A stretch of DNA of 64,000 nucleotides from Thermoplasmatota archaeon (GCA_029259115.1 JAPDJO010000029.1:60975-124974); one strand, 5' to 3'; numbered from the stretch's first letter, positions 40,560 through 52,059 are shown. Translations and numbers: made by a program. The notes: generated by a model not told the origin, from the sequence alone.

Positions 40560-40635
40560 TTCTTCACCCCGTATATGGAATAGATATGGTGTAATTAAAA
40601 CTTTCTCTTCTTGTAATCTGGATATATAAATGGTT

Positions 40636-41592
40636 TTAGTCTCTTATACCTTCCTTCGTTATCGAGAATACGACTTCACCTTCTGGAAGATGTGGAGAAT
40701 CTATAAGTCTAGCTATCCTTTTCTCCCCTCTACTCTTTCTCAGATAGACTCTGAATGTTGCGGTATGTCCTACGATATGTCCTCCTATTGGCCTGGTAGG
40801 ATCCCCAAATAAAGCATCCGGCTTAGCTGATACTTGGTTCGTAACACAAACAACCCCATCATTGAGGTCGCTCCATCTGAGCAAATCATGCATATGCTTA
40901 TTCAATTTTTGTTGCCTATCTGCCAAAGCTCCTCTTCCGACATACTCTGCCCTGAAGTGAGCGGTCAAAGAATCCACTACCAGAAGTTTAGCAGGTATCT
41001 CTCTAGATAATTCTTTGACTTTTTCTACAAGCAGCATCTGGTGGCTTGAATTGAAAGCTCTTGCGACGTGTATCTTTTTCAAAGTTTCCTTTGGATCCAA
41101 TCCCAGAGCTGTGGCCATCTGAGTTATCCTCTCTGGTCTGAATGTGTTCTCTGTATCTATGTAAAATGCATGACCTTCTAGACCTCCTTTCTCCTCTGGA
41201 AGTTGGACTGTTACACATAACTGGTGTGCTATCTGAGTTTTTCCCGATCCAAACTCACCGAAGAATTCTGTTATTGCCTGCGTTTCTAATCCTCCCCCAA
41301 GAAGCTCATCTAAAGATTTTGATCCTGTCGTTAAATGTCTGAGCCTTGATCTTCTTTCGAATATAACATCTCCTGTTTCAAAATCACCTATATCAGCTAA
41401 TTTTCTTGCTGCTAGAATTATCTTCGCAGCCGTGCTTTCTCCTATGTCTGCAGCATCCGCAAGTTCTTTTGGTGATGATACCGCTATAGTCAAGAGATCA
41501 TCATAGCCAGCTTCTCTAAGCTTCTCTGCAGTAGCAGGTCCTACTCCAGGTAAATTTTCTATAGTTACTTCCTCCTCCATCCTAAAACCCAA
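40636..41592 (-). CDS. radA: DNA repair and recombination protein RadA
   Basis: Hh[32 protein letters not shown]. Confidence 0.97.
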   Translation of the reverse strand: MGFRMEEEVTIENLPGVGPATAEKLREAGYDDLLTIAVSSPKELADAADIGESTAAKIILAARKLADIGDFETGDVIFERRSRLRHLTTGSKSLDELLGGGLETQAITEFFGEFGSGKTQIAHQLCVTVQLPEEKGGLEGHAFYIDTENTFRPERITQMATALGLDPKETLKKIHVARAFNSSHQMLLVEKVKELSREIPAKLLVVDSLTAHFRAEYVGRGALADRQQKLNKHMHDLLRWSDLNDGVVCVTNQVSAKPDALFGDPTRPIGGHIVGHTATFRVYLRKSRGEKRIARLIDSPHLPEGEVVFSITKEGIRD

Positions 41593-41614
41593 ATAGAAAA
41601 TAGAATTATACTTA

Positions 41615-42331
41615 TTAAGATTTGGTGATGATTTTACTTGCAGCTCTCACCTCTATCTCAGCCCTACCATTTATAACTCTTCTAACAGGATTCTCTATTT
41701 TTATAAAATCACCTTCTCTCAGTTTGTTTGCAAGTTTCACATGATTATCCCATACATTGACATGAAATATGGTACCATTTTCTTTTAACCATATTCTTTT
41801 GAAGAATCTTACATCTCCATTATCATCAAATTTAACTTCCGTATCTTCTTTTTCTACCAGAGTGCCATGTACTGGTCTAATTTCTATAGAGGGGGCATCC
41901 TTTGGATTTGCCTCTACATAACCCCATTTTCCGACGTTAACTTCCAGACCTTCTCTTCCTAATCTGGAATAACCGTTTACAATCTTCAGCACATCTCCAA
42001 TCTCCACGCTTTCTCCGATATCTGCATTACGACCCCACAGGTTCAAAAAACATGAAAGGGTGTTATCAGAAATTATCAGTGAGAGGTGTTTCTCTCTAAC
42101 CAGTTTTTCCATAACTTTGCCAAATATAGTGCAGCTTTGATTTGGTTTGATTTCAGATATCGGGACAATAAATTTCTTATTTCTTCCCATCTCGTCAATT
42201 AGAATGTACTCTAAGATCTCTCTACTAAGAAGGTTACCGAATTCAATATCCAGTTTATTAACCAATTTATCAAATTCCTCTCTGGTAACGAGATCGCTCA
42301 CAAATTTGTAATAACTATATTTGGAGTGCAT
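41615..42331 (-). CDS. RPA-like OB-fold ssDNA-binding protein (divergent)
   Basis: Two OB-fold-like repeats (ISDNT...LWG; VNVWD); directly upstream of radA. Confidence 0.7.
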   Translation of the reverse strand: MHSKYSYYKFVSDLVTREEFDKLVNKLDIEFGNLLSREILEYILIDEMGRNKKFIVPISEIKPNQSCTIFGKVMEKLVREKHLSLIISDNTLSCFLNLWGRNADIGESVEIGDVLKIVNGYSRLGREGLEVNVGKWGYVEANPKDAPSIEIRPVHGTLVEKEDTEVKFDDNGDVRFFKRIWLKENGTIFHVNVWDNHVKLANKLREGDFIKIENPVRRVINGRAEIEVRAASKIITKS

Positions 42332-42673
42332 CCCGTAAAATGTAAAGAATCTAAAGATTAAAAAGTTTTAGTGGAAAGATGTCTCTGGACTTTCCAGATT
42401 GCTATTTGATATGAAACTACCGCTCCTTTTAAGCACAGATCTACATTCTATGATAGCATCTCTCCAGCCTGTCTATATATTTTCTCTGTCTCGGATTTGA
42501 ATTTCTCTCTACTTGCTGTAATTTTTGGATATTCTTTAAGCGGAAGTAAAGGTTATAGATATAGGTGCAATAGTCCGTTCAATCCGCTAAGTTCTAAAGG
42601 AATGGTCGCTCCTGCCAGTTACTACTACATTGGCCGAAGCTACAGGAGTGTTCGATGTTGTTCTGACATAACC

Positions 42674-43786
42674 TTATATTATAATAATCTGGCTAGACGA
42701 TACGGAGATACCTTTGGTGCTTTTATTACAAGATGTCTTGACTATGGATTTGCTCTGAAGTGGTTTAAATGTAAATATTTTCATTAGTCTAACCGATTTG
42801 ATATTTGCAAAAATTTTTTTCATACTGATTAGCAGATTTTTGCTATCCAATTTAACTGGATACTTCGATTTTTTAATCGAAGAGTGAGTATCAGGGTAAG
42901 TATTGATGTTATCTACATCTCCAACACTATGATCATCTTTCTCGACCTTTATATAGATTGGATCTGACCAGTCACTTTTGATTCCGTACTTATCAGCAGC
43001 CTGCGCCCTGATGGCATAGGTTCCTGTGCTACTGTAACTATGAGAAAACTCGACATTGTACCATCCGTCATTGATAAGACCTTCATCTGCCTGTTTGTAC
43101 TCATCTGCTATCATATCCCCATCGTAATCTATATAAACTGTAGCAGGCCAATCCTTTTCACAGTCTATTTCTCCTCTTATCCAAAACTTAACAACTTTAT
43201 TCACTTTAACTGTAGATTTTGATGGAGTTATCTCTGCAGGTTTTGGTGGAGAGAAATTAAAATCTATCCACTTCTCATCCGATTTTTTACCAGTTGTCTT
43301 CTTATGGTAACAGTAAAGTTTTATGTAATTCTCTCCCTCGTTACAACCGTGCTCCATAAGTTCTATGAGTTTTAATGGTGGTTTAGATAGATCTGGCAGG
43401 TAGAGATCACCCTCTTCATGCTGCCCCTTGAACCACTCATCCGTTATCTTTTTAGAAGTTGAATGTCTTAGAGTTCCAACCCAGTTGTATAGCGCTATTC
43501 TGAAATACCATTCCTCGAAAGGATCTGAACTTTTCTCCGTCATCTCATAGTGCACTTTGAATCTATACTCTCCCTTACAAACATTTATACCGATCTCCTT
43601 AGGTGCATTTATTGTTATCCTATCCCCATCTATGATCATCTCTCCAACATATATTGCATCATCCCCTAGTGTGCTGCCAGATTTGGCTCTATAGGGGGTA
43701 TTAGAACTTACACCAACCATCGAATTCATCAAAAAGGCTATCGCAACAAACACCGAAAATAGATATGCTTTCTTCATATAGATCAC
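42674..43786 (-). CDS. Secreted PKD-like domain protein, possibly C-terminally truncated
   Basis: Signal peptide; HSYSSTGTYAIRAQA.D..G..SDWS PKD-like motif. Confidence 0.7.
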   Translation of the reverse strand: MIYMKKAYLFSVFVAIAFLMNSMVGVSSNTPYRAKSGSTLGDDAIYVGEMIIDGDRITINAPKEIGINVCKGEYRFKVHYEMTEKSSDPFEEWYFRIALYNWVGTLRHSTSKKITDEWFKGQHEEGDLYLPDLSKPPLKLIELMEHGCNEGENYIKLYCYHKKTTGKKSDEKWIDFNFSPPKPAEITPSKSTVKVNKVVKFWIRGEIDCEKDWPATVYIDYDGDMIADEYKQADEGLINDGWYNVEFSHSYSSTGTYAIRAQAADKYGIKSDWSDPIYIKVEKDDHSVGDVDNINTYPDTHSSIKKSKYPVKLDSKNLLISMKKIFANIKSVRLMKIFTFKPLQSKSIVKTSCNKSTKGISVSSSQIIII

Positions 43787-43848
43787 GATATTAAAATATA
43801 AAAGTAACTAATAAATATTACTGCTGATATTAATGTCTAGAGAGGTTA

Positions 43849-45132
43849 TCACCTCATTTTTCTCATCACTAACCCAGACAACATCTTTGGTAAGAAATAT
43901 GTCGATTTCTGTGGCATGTGTTCGCCGGCGCTTGCTACGTCCTTTAACTGCTCTATCTTTGTTGGATTTAGCAGGATTGAAAGGTTGAATTTTCCTTTAT
44001 CAACAACTTCTATAGCTTCTCTCGGGTCTCTCGTGTACTTAACATGATCTTCGAGATCATGTTCCCCTATACCCATTATCCTTTCTATTACTATCTTATG
44101 GAGGATGGAGACATCCAGAGTTCTCCATGTTTTTGATCTGTCGGGAGCCAAAGAATCCATTACGCTTTCATCTTTTAAAGTTAAAACGTAGCATCCTTTG
44201 TTGTGATACATTGCAAATTTGTGCTCCTTTTCCGTTTTTATCGCATCAGATAACTGCTTGGCTATTTCTTCTGGAGAGAGATCTCTATTTATCTGAATCT
44301 CCTCGACATCAAAGTATTCCCTGCAATTTTCTATCAACCCTCCTAGATCGATATCCTTCTTTATCAGTCTATGGGTAGGGAGAATTGTTAGACCTTCATC
44401 GAACATGTTCGCTAAGATAACCATGATGTAGTTTTCTGGGTCGTTTTCCTTTGCACCAATCTCTCTGGCATAATCTATAGCTGTCTGATACCTGTGATGA
44501 CCATCTGCTATGTAGAGTATTTCGTTCTTTAACTTCTCCTGGATAAATCCTATGGTATCTTCATCCTCTATCTTCCATAACCTATGCCTAAACCCATCGT
44601 ATCCGATAACATCTATCTCAGGCTCACCTAGATTTTTATCTATCTTTTCCTGAATTTCATTTCTTTCGTCCATGTACAAAAGCTCTATAGGCTCTAGATT
44701 TGCTTTTGTTGCTCTCATGAGATTCAACCTATCTTCCTTTGGCTTTGATAACGTTCTTTCGTGAGCTTTGACTTCCTTGTAATCATGGTCTAATTTAAGC
44801 AAGATGAAAAAACCATTGAACGTCTTCTTTCCATCATACTCGTAATCGATTCTATAAGGATATATAGCAGGCTTGTCAGACTCTACCAATATGCCTCTTT
44901 CTAACCAGTTTTCGAAATCTCTCTTGGCTCTAGTGTACCTATTGTTATTCTCGTCATCATCCGGATAGATTTTACCAAGAATTAATCTAACAACATTATA
45001 CTCATGCCTTTTGTAAAGTTCTTCTTGCATTTCTGGAGATATTATATCATAAGGCGGCGACATTACCTTGTCAAGCTCTCCTACTTTTTCTTTATTGTAA
45101 GTTATCCCCCTGAAAGGCTCTACAACAACCAT
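43849..45132 (-). CDS. DUF1015 family protein
   Basis: PPYD, HERT, IADGHHRY, PTHR, MPQKSTYFLPK. Confidence 0.92.
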   Translation of the reverse strand: MVVVEPFRGITYNKEKVGELDKVMSPPYDIISPEMQEELYKRHEYNVVRLILGKIYPDDDENNNRYTRAKRDFENWLERGILVESDKPAIYPYRIDYEYDGKKTFNGFFILLKLDHDYKEVKAHERTLSKPKEDRLNLMRATKANLEPIELLYMDERNEIQEKIDKNLGEPEIDVIGYDGFRHRLWKIEDEDTIGFIQEKLKNEILYIADGHHRYQTAIDYAREIGAKENDPENYIMVILANMFDEGLTILPTHRLIKKDIDLGGLIENCREYFDVEEIQINRDLSPEEIAKQLSDAIKTEKEHKFAMYHNKGCYVLTLKDESVMDSLAPDRSKTWRTLDVSILHKIVIERIMGIGEHDLEDHVKYTRDPREAIEVVDKGKFNLSILLNPTKIEQLKDVASAGEHMPQKSTYFLPKMLSGLVMRKMR

Positions 45133-45220
45133 AATACCCCTCTGTCTTGTATGCGAAGATGTATTAAAAATGTAATCCTTTGCTCGTTATAGTTATAAGA
45201 GCATTTATACATTAGAAATC

Positions 45221-46186
45221 GTGAAAAAGATTGTTGTTACAACTAGAAAGGAAGATGCAAAAGAGATCGAGAAGATTTTTGGAAAGAGATTGCACGTCAT
45301 GGAGAAGAAAGGAGGTCTTGTGATAGTAACTGCCTATATTCCTGACGAAGAACTCGAAGAGATAATCGCTAAGCTTGATAAATGCATAGATTTTAGGTTC
45401 AAAGACAGTTTAATTGAGGTCTCTTCTCCATACTTTGTTAAATCTTCGGTACTGGAAAGGATCGAGAAAAAGGAGAAAGTTGTAGAATCTGCACCTGTAG
45501 AGAAACTTCTAGACTCAGTTAGGATCTATACGAAGTTTGACATCGGTAAACTAGGATTAACATCTATAGCTGGGATCATAGCTATGATAGGCTTATTCAT
45601 GAATAATGTAGCCGTAGTTATAGGAGCTATGCTCCTCTCACCTCTACTGGGACCCATATATGCATTTGCTATAAACACAGCAGTCGGAGATGTAAAAGAT
45701 GCATTCAAAAGTATTGGAAACTTGGCACTTATGATACTAGTGGTGATTTTCTTATCATTTACATTCAGCTGGATCCTATCAGGATTTATATCCCTACCTG
45801 AAACACCCGAGATTGTATCAAGGACGATTGTCGATCCTATCTACGTTGTAATTGCTGTTTTGCTGGGATTTGCATCAATTCTTGCTCTATCGAAAGGTGT
45901 ATCAGAAAGTATAGCAGGAGTAGCAGTAGCAGCAGCGATTCTGCCCCCAGCAGTAGTAAGTGGGATAGCCTTAGTAGGATATACAGATAGATTTGTTGGT
46001 CCTCTTGTTATAACCTTAGATAACCTTGCAGGTCTTATGGCTGGAAGTCTTCTGGCAACCTTGATACTGAATATAGGTCCACGCAAGTACTATGAAAAGG
46101 CAGTAGCAAAGAGATTTATCAAAAGAACCTCTATTCTGATAGTCATACTCCTAGTAATTCTTCTAATGGTATCGATATACCTGTAA
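45221..46186 (+). CDS. TIGR00341/DUF389 family membrane protein
   Basis: IGAMLLSPLLGP, GVAVAAAILPP; multiple TM helices. Confidence 0.88.
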   Translation: MKKIVVTTRKEDAKEIEKIFGKRLHVMEKKGGLVIVTAYIPDEELEEIIAKLDKCIDFRFKDSLIEVSSPYFVKSSVLERIEKKEKVVESAPVEKLLDSVRIYTKFDIGKLGLTSIAGIIAMIGLFMNNVAVVIGAMLLSPLLGPIYAFAINTAVGDVKDAFKSIGNLALMILVVIFLSFTFSWILSGFISLPETPEIVSRTIVDPIYVVIAVLLGFASILALSKGVSESIAGVAVAAAILPPAVVSGIALVGYTDRFVGPLVITLDNLAGLMAGSLLATLILNIGPRKYYEKAVAKRFIKRTSILIVILLVILLMVSIYL

Positions 46187-46220
46187 TAGGAAAGTTCAAA
46201 AGTAATGACTCGATCTGAGT

Positions 46221-46763
46221 TTGATGACTAGGGGCAAAATTCCTTCAGATGGAAGGCCTCCTAAAGACATCTATTATCTGAACATTGCAAAGGCTGTCGC
46301 TCAAAGATCACCATGCATAAGGAGGAGGTTTGGTGCGATAATAGTAAAGGATGATGCAATAGTTTCTACAGGATACAATGGTCCAGCTAGAGGTTCTATA
46401 AATTGCAATGAGGTTGGTTGTCTGAAGGATATAATGAATCTTCCTTCATATAGTGGTTATGATTACTGTCCTGCTGTCCATGCTGAGGAAAACGCTCTTT
46501 TAAATGCAGCGAGGCAAGGATCAAGCGTTATAGGAGGGGTGCTGTATCTCTATGGGGAAAAGGTAGATGGCAATATCACTGAGGAAGGTAGACCATGTGA
46601 TAGGTGTAAGAGAGCCTTGATAAACGCCGGGATAAAGGAGGTTGTAACACTTAAACCAGATGGAAGCGTGAAGAGATACAGGGTCTCTGATTGGGCAAAG
46701 GAAGATGCGGAAAACTATCTCAGAATGCTGGAAGAGGAGAAAAGGAAACAGAAGGAAAAGTAA
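46221..46763 (+). CDS. dCMP deaminase (ComEB-like)
   Basis: TGYNG, HAEENA, PCDRC zinc ligands. Confidence 0.9.
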   Translation: MMTRGKIPSDGRPPKDIYYLNIAKAVAQRSPCIRRRFGAIIVKDDAIVSTGYNGPARGSINCNEVGCLKDIMNLPSYSGYDYCPAVHAEENALLNAARQGSSVIGGVLYLYGEKVDGNITEEGRPCDRCKRALINAGIKEVVTLKPDGSVKRYRVSDWAKEDAENYLRMLEEEKRKQKEK

Positions 46764-46796
46764 CCTAAATAAAACCCTCTTTGTTTATCTAATCGC

Positions 46797-48056
46797 ATGG
46801 GTCTCACTATAATAGAGAAGATACTTTCCAAAGCATCTGGAGAGAGTTCGATATCTCCAGGAGACAAGGTATGGGCAAAGGTTGATCTTGTTGCTATGAG
46901 AGACTTTGGAGGACCAAACGTTATTCTGAAATATGAAAAAGAATTTGGAGATGAACCTGTTTTTGATCCAGACAAGATAGCGATAACTTTCGATCTACAT
47001 ATACCTCCCAGACAAATAAAGGAAGCAGAGAATCAGAAGATATGTAGAGAGTTTGTGAAGAAACAAGGGGTTAGGCTCTTTGATATAAACAAGGGAATAG
47101 GACAGCATACTTTGTTGGAGCATGGTCTAGTGAGACCTTACGATGTCATAATCGGAACAGACAGTCATATGAATCTTTTAGGCGTCGCTCAAGCATTCGC
47201 TACGGGAGTTGGAATAACAGATATAGTTGCTGCTATGAGATATGGTAAACTATGGTACAGGGTTCCAGAAACAGTAAAGATAAATATAGATGGTGAGCTG
47301 AGAAAATTTGTTACTCCAAAGGATGTCATCTTGAATCTGGTTGGATACCTCAAAGCCGATGGTCTATCTTACAAAGCTGTAGAATTTTATGGTAATTTTA
47401 TAGATGATCTTGGTCTGGATGGCAGAATAACTATGACTAGTATGGTAACAGAAATGGATGGAAAGATTGGATTCATGGTCCCTAATGAGAATGTTCTGAA
47501 ATTTTTGAAAGAAAAGATCGGAAAAGATGTCAAACCTATACTCCCAGATAAGGATGCTGAATATTTAGACAAATACAATTTTGATATATCTGATCTTGAA
47601 CCCATGATAGCATGTCCTCACTCTCCAGACAACGTAAAAGCTGTCAGAGAAGTTGAGGGCAAAGAAATAGATCAAGTTTTCATAGGATCGTGTACAAATG
47701 GTAGAATAGAGGATCTAAGAGTGGCTGCAAAGATACTGAAGGGTAAAAAGGTCAAAGAAGGTTGCAGATTGATTGTAACTCCAGCGACTACAGAGGTTTT
47801 GAAGAGGGCAATCGATGAAGGTTTGATAAAGATATTTATAGAGGCAGGAGGTGTAGTTACAAATCCAAGCTGTGCTCTATGCACAATAGGTCATCCAGGA
47901 GTTTTAGCTAAAGGAGATGTAACTCTCTCTACAAGTAATAGGAATTATCCTGGAAAGATAGGTAAAGGTGGAGAGATATACCTAGTTAGTCCTGCTACAG
48001 CAGCAGCAAGCGCGATATATGGTAAAATTACAGATCCGAGGGATGTTGGTGAATAA
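46797..48056 (+). CDS. 3-isopropylmalate dehydratase/homoaconitase family large subunit
   Basis: GTDSH, IGSCTNGR, SCALC, STSNRNY, SPATAAAS. Confidence 0.9.
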   Translation: MGLTIIEKILSKASGESSISPGDKVWAKVDLVAMRDFGGPNVILKYEKEFGDEPVFDPDKIAITFDLHIPPRQIKEAENQKICREFVKKQGVRLFDINKGIGQHTLLEHGLVRPYDVIIGTDSHMNLLGVAQAFATGVGITDIVAAMRYGKLWYRVPETVKINIDGELRKFVTPKDVILNLVGYLKADGLSYKAVEFYGNFIDDLGLDGRITMTSMVTEMDGKIGFMVPNENVLKFLKEKIGKDVKPILPDKDAEYLDKYNFDISDLEPMIACPHSPDNVKAVREVEGKEIDQVFIGSCTNGRIEDLRVAAKILKGKKVKEGCRLIVTPATTEVLKRAIDEGLIKIFIEAGGVVTNPSCALCTIGHPGVLAKGDVTLSTSNRNYPGKIGKGGEIYLVSPATAAASAIYGKITDPRDVGE

Positions 48057-49296
48057 GGAGAATTTCAAAATAGTCAGAGATCCTATTCATGGGAATATAA
48101 GATTTAGTGGAATATTTGTTGATCTTTTGGAAAGTCCTGAGTTGCAGAGATTACATAACATCAAACAATTAGGATTTGCTTATATGGTTTTTCCAGGAGC
48201 AAATCATACAAGACTAGAGCATTCCATAGGGGCATATCATATGGCAAGACGTGCAGGAGATGCGTTATCGCTAGATGAAGATGAGAGGATTTTATTAGAG
48301 TGTGCAGCTTTGCTTCATGATATTGGGCATGGGCCCTTTTCTCATACTCTAGAATCTATACTGAGAGAGAAATTTGGGATAGATCATGTCGATCTTACAG
48401 AAAGGATACTGAGAGGAGAAGAAGGTATTTTAAAAGAGGATGAAAAGAGGTTTGTGGATAGTAAATCTGTTGTGAATATTCTTGAGGAGAACGGAATAGA
48501 CAAATCAAGAATTGTAGATATTATAAGGGGTAGATGCAGGAAGGAAAAATATCTCTCCCAACTCCTGAATAGTCCCATCGACGTGGATCAACTTGATTAC
48601 TTACTTAGAGATGGCTATTACACTGGCGTAGCCTACGGTACCGTAGATGTTGATAGGTTTTTTCATACCTTGACTTTGCATAACGATGGACTAGCCATAA
48701 ATAGAAAAGGTGTAAGTGTTGTCGAAAACATCCTGATCTCTAGAGAGTTGATGTACTCCTCTGTTTATTTTCATAAAACTGTTAGAATAGCTGAGCTTAT
48801 GCTGTCAAAGGCGATGGAGCTTATTGATGATGTCTTTGAATTTTACAAACTAACAGATGGAGAGATGTTGTCCGAGCTTAGAGAAAAGGGAGAGCTCCAG
48901 AGAGAAATGGTTGTTAGATTAAAGTATAGAAGATTATTCAAACAGGTTTATTCTGTTCCTGCGGTTGATGAAGAAAAAGTGGAGATCCTAGATTATCTAG
49001 AAGATCCGAGGAAGAGGAGTGAAAAGGAAGAAGAGCTCGAGGATGAGCTAAATATACCCAGAGGACATATAATCATAGATGTACCGAAAAGGGAACTTTT
49101 TCTCTCTGAACCTAGAATAGATAAAGTCGAGATACCGGTTATATACGATGGAGAGATTATCGATCTTCGAGAGGTTACACCTATAGCTGGAGCTATAAAA
49201 GAGAAGAAAATACCTGATTGGTATCTAATGGTAATCGTTGATGAGAGGTATAGAGAAAGAGTAGCCGATCGTATAGAGAAACTGATCTTGGGATAG
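48043..49296 (+). CDS. HD-domain phosphohydrolase (SAMHD1/dNTPase-like)
   Basis: RDPIHG, HTRLEHS, LLHDIGHGPFSH, DQLDYL.RD, VYFHK. Confidence 0.9.
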   Translation: MLVNKENFKIVRDPIHGNIRFSGIFVDLLESPELQRLHNIKQLGFAYMVFPGANHTRLEHSIGAYHMARRAGDALSLDEDERILLECAALLHDIGHGPFSHTLESILREKFGIDHVDLTERILRGEEGILKEDEKRFVDSKSVVNILEENGIDKSRIVDIIRGRCRKEKYLSQLLNSPIDVDQLDYLLRDGYYTGVAYGTVDVDRFFHTLTLHNDGLAINRKGVSVVENILISRELMYSSVYFHKTVRIAELMLSKAMELIDDVFEFYKLTDGEMLSELREKGELQREMVVRLKYRRLFKQVYSVPAVDEEKVEILDYLEDPRKRSEKEEELEDELNIPRGHIIIDVPKRELFLSEPRIDKVEIPVIYDGEIIDLREVTPIAGAIKEKKIPDWYLMVIVDERYRERVADRIEKLILG

Positions 49297-49334
49297 ATTT
49301 AATTAGTTGAGAGTGGTTTCAGGTCTCGGATGCT

Positions 49335-49547
49335 ATGGTAGTAAAGGAATTTTCTGGAGGAAGCATAGTAATAAAGGTGGATTATGATAAGTGTACCGGA
49401 TCTGGAGAATGTGTCACAGCTTGTCCTGTGAATATCTATGAAGTAGTGGATGGCAAAGCAGTAGCAAAGAATGTTGAGGAATGCGTAGAATGTTGCGCCT
49501 GTGTGAGTGCTTGTCCAAATAAAGCTATAGAACACAGTTCGTGCTAA
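49335..49547 (+). CDS. Ferredoxin (dicluster type)
   Basis: CTGSGECVTACP (second Cys replaced) and CVECCACVSACP. Confidence 0.9.
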   Translation: MVVKEFSGGSIVIKVDYDKCTGSGECVTACPVNIYEVVDGKAVAKNVEECVECCACVSACPNKAIEHSSC

Positions 49548-49648
49548 GGAAATATAGTCAGCCACATTGAGATCATCACAGCAATAAGCATGTACAAAAT
49601 AGCAGTGGCAATATCACTTCCTATACTCCTTCTCCCATCCCTACCCAT
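49544..49648 (-). CDS. Putative 34-aa single-TM microprotein
   Basis: MGRDGRRSIGSDIATAILYMLIAVMISMWLTIFP*; fills an intergenic gap; TTTAAATA upstream. Confidence 0.4.
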   Translation of the reverse strand: MGRDGRRSIGSDIATAILYMLIAVMISMWLTIFP

Positions 49649-49823
49649 CTTACCACGGTAGCGTTGCGATTCTACAATGTAGTATTTAAAATTTGTTATT
49701 TCGATTTCGACAAAGTGCGAAGCTATAGAATCACAAACCTTATAAAGGGTTATCAGATACGCAATCGAAGAGGAAAAATTCTAAATACCTCTACGAGATT
49801 TGGCTGAAGGAGGAGGTATAATT

Positions 49824-51098
49824 ATGGCAGAAAAACCACACCTGAACTTGGTAGTGATAGGTCACGTCGACCATGGTAAATCAACGCTAGTAGGAAGGCT
49901 ACTGCTAGACACAGGTCAGTTCCCAGCACATCTGTTAGAGAAATTCAAAGAGGAAGCAAAAGCGAAGGGTAAGGAAAGTTTTGCTCTTGCATGGATCTTT
50001 GATCAACTCAAAGAAGAGAGAGAAAGGGGTCTAACAATAGATGTCGCTCACAAAAGGTTCGATACTGACAAGTATTATTTCACAATAATCGATGCTCCTG
50101 GGCACAGGGACTTCGTAAAGAACATGATCACTGGTACCAGCCAGGCGGATGCGGCTATCTTGGTAGTAGCTGCTCCAGATGGAGTTATGGCACAGACAAA
50201 GGAGCATGCTTTCCTAGCAAAGACTTTGGGCGTAGACCAAATGGTCGTAGCGATAAACAAGATGGATGAAGTTGGCTATAGCAAAGAGAAGTTCGAGGAG
50301 GTTAAGGCTGAAGTTGATAAGCTCCTAAAGAGCATAGGTTACAAGGATGATCAACTACAGTACGTTCCTGTCTCGGCATTCAACGGAGATAATGTTAAAG
50401 AGAAAGGCAAACTCGACTGGTGGGACGGTCCAACGGTCCTAGAAGCTGTCAATAACTTCAAGGTTCCTGAAAAACCAGTGGATAAGCCATTGAGATGGCC
50501 GATTCAGGATGTCTATTCCATAACTGGAGTAGGTACAGTTCCAGTTGGAAAGGTAGAGACTGGAGTAATGAAGCCAGGAATGAAGCTGATATTCTTACCT
50601 AGCAAGAAGCCTGGTGGGGTGGTAGGAGAGGTAAAGACAATAGAGATGCACCATGAACAGATTCAGCAAGCTATGCCTGGCGACAACATAGGAGCCAATA
50701 TTAGAGGTGTAGCAAAGAATGATATAAGGAGAGGAGATGTCGCAGGACCTGTTGACAATCCTCCAACAGTAGCGAAGTCATTCATAGCCAGAATAATAGT
50801 TCTGAATCATCCAACAGCAATAACAAAAGGTTATACTCCCGTATTCCATTGCCACACCGCTCAAGTTGCGTGTAGATTCGAGGAACTGCTCAAGAAATTC
50901 AATCCAAGAACCGGAGAAGTAATAGAGGAGAATCCACAGTTCTTAAAGACCGGAGACGCTGCGCTGGTAAAGATAGTTCCAACAAGGCCAATGGTCATAG
51001 AGCCTGTAAGCGAGTTCCCACAGCTAGGAAGATTTGCAGTGAGAGACATGGGTCAAACAGTAGCCGCTGGCGTATGTGTAGAGGTGGAAAAAGCATAA
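49824..51098 (+). CDS. tuf: Translation elongation factor EF-1A
   Basis: [37 protein letters not shown]; SD AGGAGG. Confidence 0.98.
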   Translation: MAEKPHLNLVVIGHVDHGKSTLVGRLLLDTGQFPAHLLEKFKEEAKAKGKESFALAWIFDQLKEERERGLTIDVAHKRFDTDKYYFTIIDAPGHRDFVKNMITGTSQADAAILVVAAPDGVMAQTKEHAFLAKTLGVDQMVVAINKMDEVGYSKEKFEEVKAEVDKLLKSIGYKDDQLQYVPVSAFNGDNVKEKGKLDWWDGPTVLEAVNNFKVPEKPVDKPLRWPIQDVYSITGVGTVPVGKVETGVMKPGMKLIFLPSKKPGGVVGEVKTIEMHHEQIQQAMPGDNIGANIRGVAKNDIRRGDVAGPVDNPPTVAKSFIARIIVLNHPTAITKGYTPVFHCHTAQVACRFEELLKKFNPRTGEVIEENPQFLKTGDAALVKIVPTRPMVIEPVSEFPQLGRFAVRDMGQTVAAGVCVEVEKA

Positions 51099-51137
51099 AA
51101 ACACCTTCCTTATACTCTTTTTCTTTAAGGGAAATAT

Positions 51138-51449
51138 ATGGCTCAGAAAGCTAGGATCTCTTTGACAGGAACTGATCCAAAAAAACTAGACGAGGTCTGC
51201 AATCAAATAAAGATGATAGCGGAAAGAACAGGAATAGCTTATAGTGGTCCTATTCCTCTGCCAACCAAAAGGCTTAGAGTTCCCTGTAGGAAGAGTCCAG
51301 ATGGTGAAGGGTCAGAAACTTGGGATCACTGGGAGATGAGAATCCACAAAAGATTAATTGATCTTGATGCAAGCGATAGAGCATTGAGACAACTCATGAG
51401 AATACAAGTCCCAGATGGTGTACATATAGAGATTGTTTTAAAATCTTGA
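51138..51449 (+). CDS. rpsJ: 30S ribosomal protein uS10
   Basis: [26 protein letters not shown]. Confidence 0.97.
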   Translation: MAQKARISLTGTDPKKLDEVCNQIKMIAERTGIAYSGPIPLPTKRLRVPCRKSPDGEGSETWDHWEMRIHKRLIDLDASDRALRQLMRIQVPDGVHIEIVLKS

Positions 51450-51451
51450 TT

Positions 51452-51990
51452 TTACAGGTAGCGCATTTTCAACATAAGCTCTTTTGCAATATCTATAAAT
51501 TCCTCTCTTATAGGTATACTCACGAAAGGATAGGTGCATACGATAGTTACGACAATTGGTCTCTCTTTTACTACTAAATTCTCCAATCCCTTTTTCCTTT
51601 CTATTATATAAGTTTTGATTTCATCGAATGGTGCAACCACCTTGCCAGTCATAAAAGCCAAACTCACGAATGTTCTCCTAATTATACTTTTAATCCTACG
51701 CAAAAGTGTTTCATCTTTCTCAATGAGAGAGCGTAATTTCTTAGAAGTTTTGGTGTAAGCTTCGTATACTCCTATAAGCTCTTTCAAAGGTTCTAACCCT
51801 TTACTGGTAAAGGAAATATAAAATTCCTCTCCTTGATACCCATATCTAACAAACGTTAATTTTCTAGGAGAGACTATAATTTCATGAATATCCTTATCTT
51901 CCACTTTGCATATCGCTATTTGTGTTTGTTTTCCTGAGAGTTCGCCATGATAAAGTGGGATGAGAGAGATTTCATACCATCCAAAGAACA
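51452..51990 (-). pseudogene. Hypothetical protein whose 5' end is cut by IS6
   Basis: Frame of ORF 51452-51904 stays open upstream exactly to the IS end at 51990/51991. Confidence 0.55.
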
Positions 51991-52020
51991 GAGACTGTCA
52001 ACTTTTTGACTCGAAGATCA

Positions 52021-52053
52021 ATTCCCTCCTAGGGGGAAGCCCTAGGAGGGGAT
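52021..52053 (+). promoter_or_regulatory. Hairpin sequestering the transposase SD
   Basis: CCCTCCTAGGG-GGAAG-CCCTAGGAGGG perfect 11-bp stem (extendable) containing GGAGG, just upstream of ATG 52060. Confidence 0.7.
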
Positions 52054-52059
52054 GTAAAA

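Noticed and set aside
42497-42787. 96-aa plus-strand ORF
   Set aside because: TTG start, no motif, overlaps the PKD gene tail; better explained as antisense to a decayed domain.
46221-49296. dCTP deaminase/dGTPase nucleotide-depletion antiviral system
   Set aside because: Both look like ordinary housekeeping families (short ComEB-like deaminase without a kinase domain) in a core-gene context.
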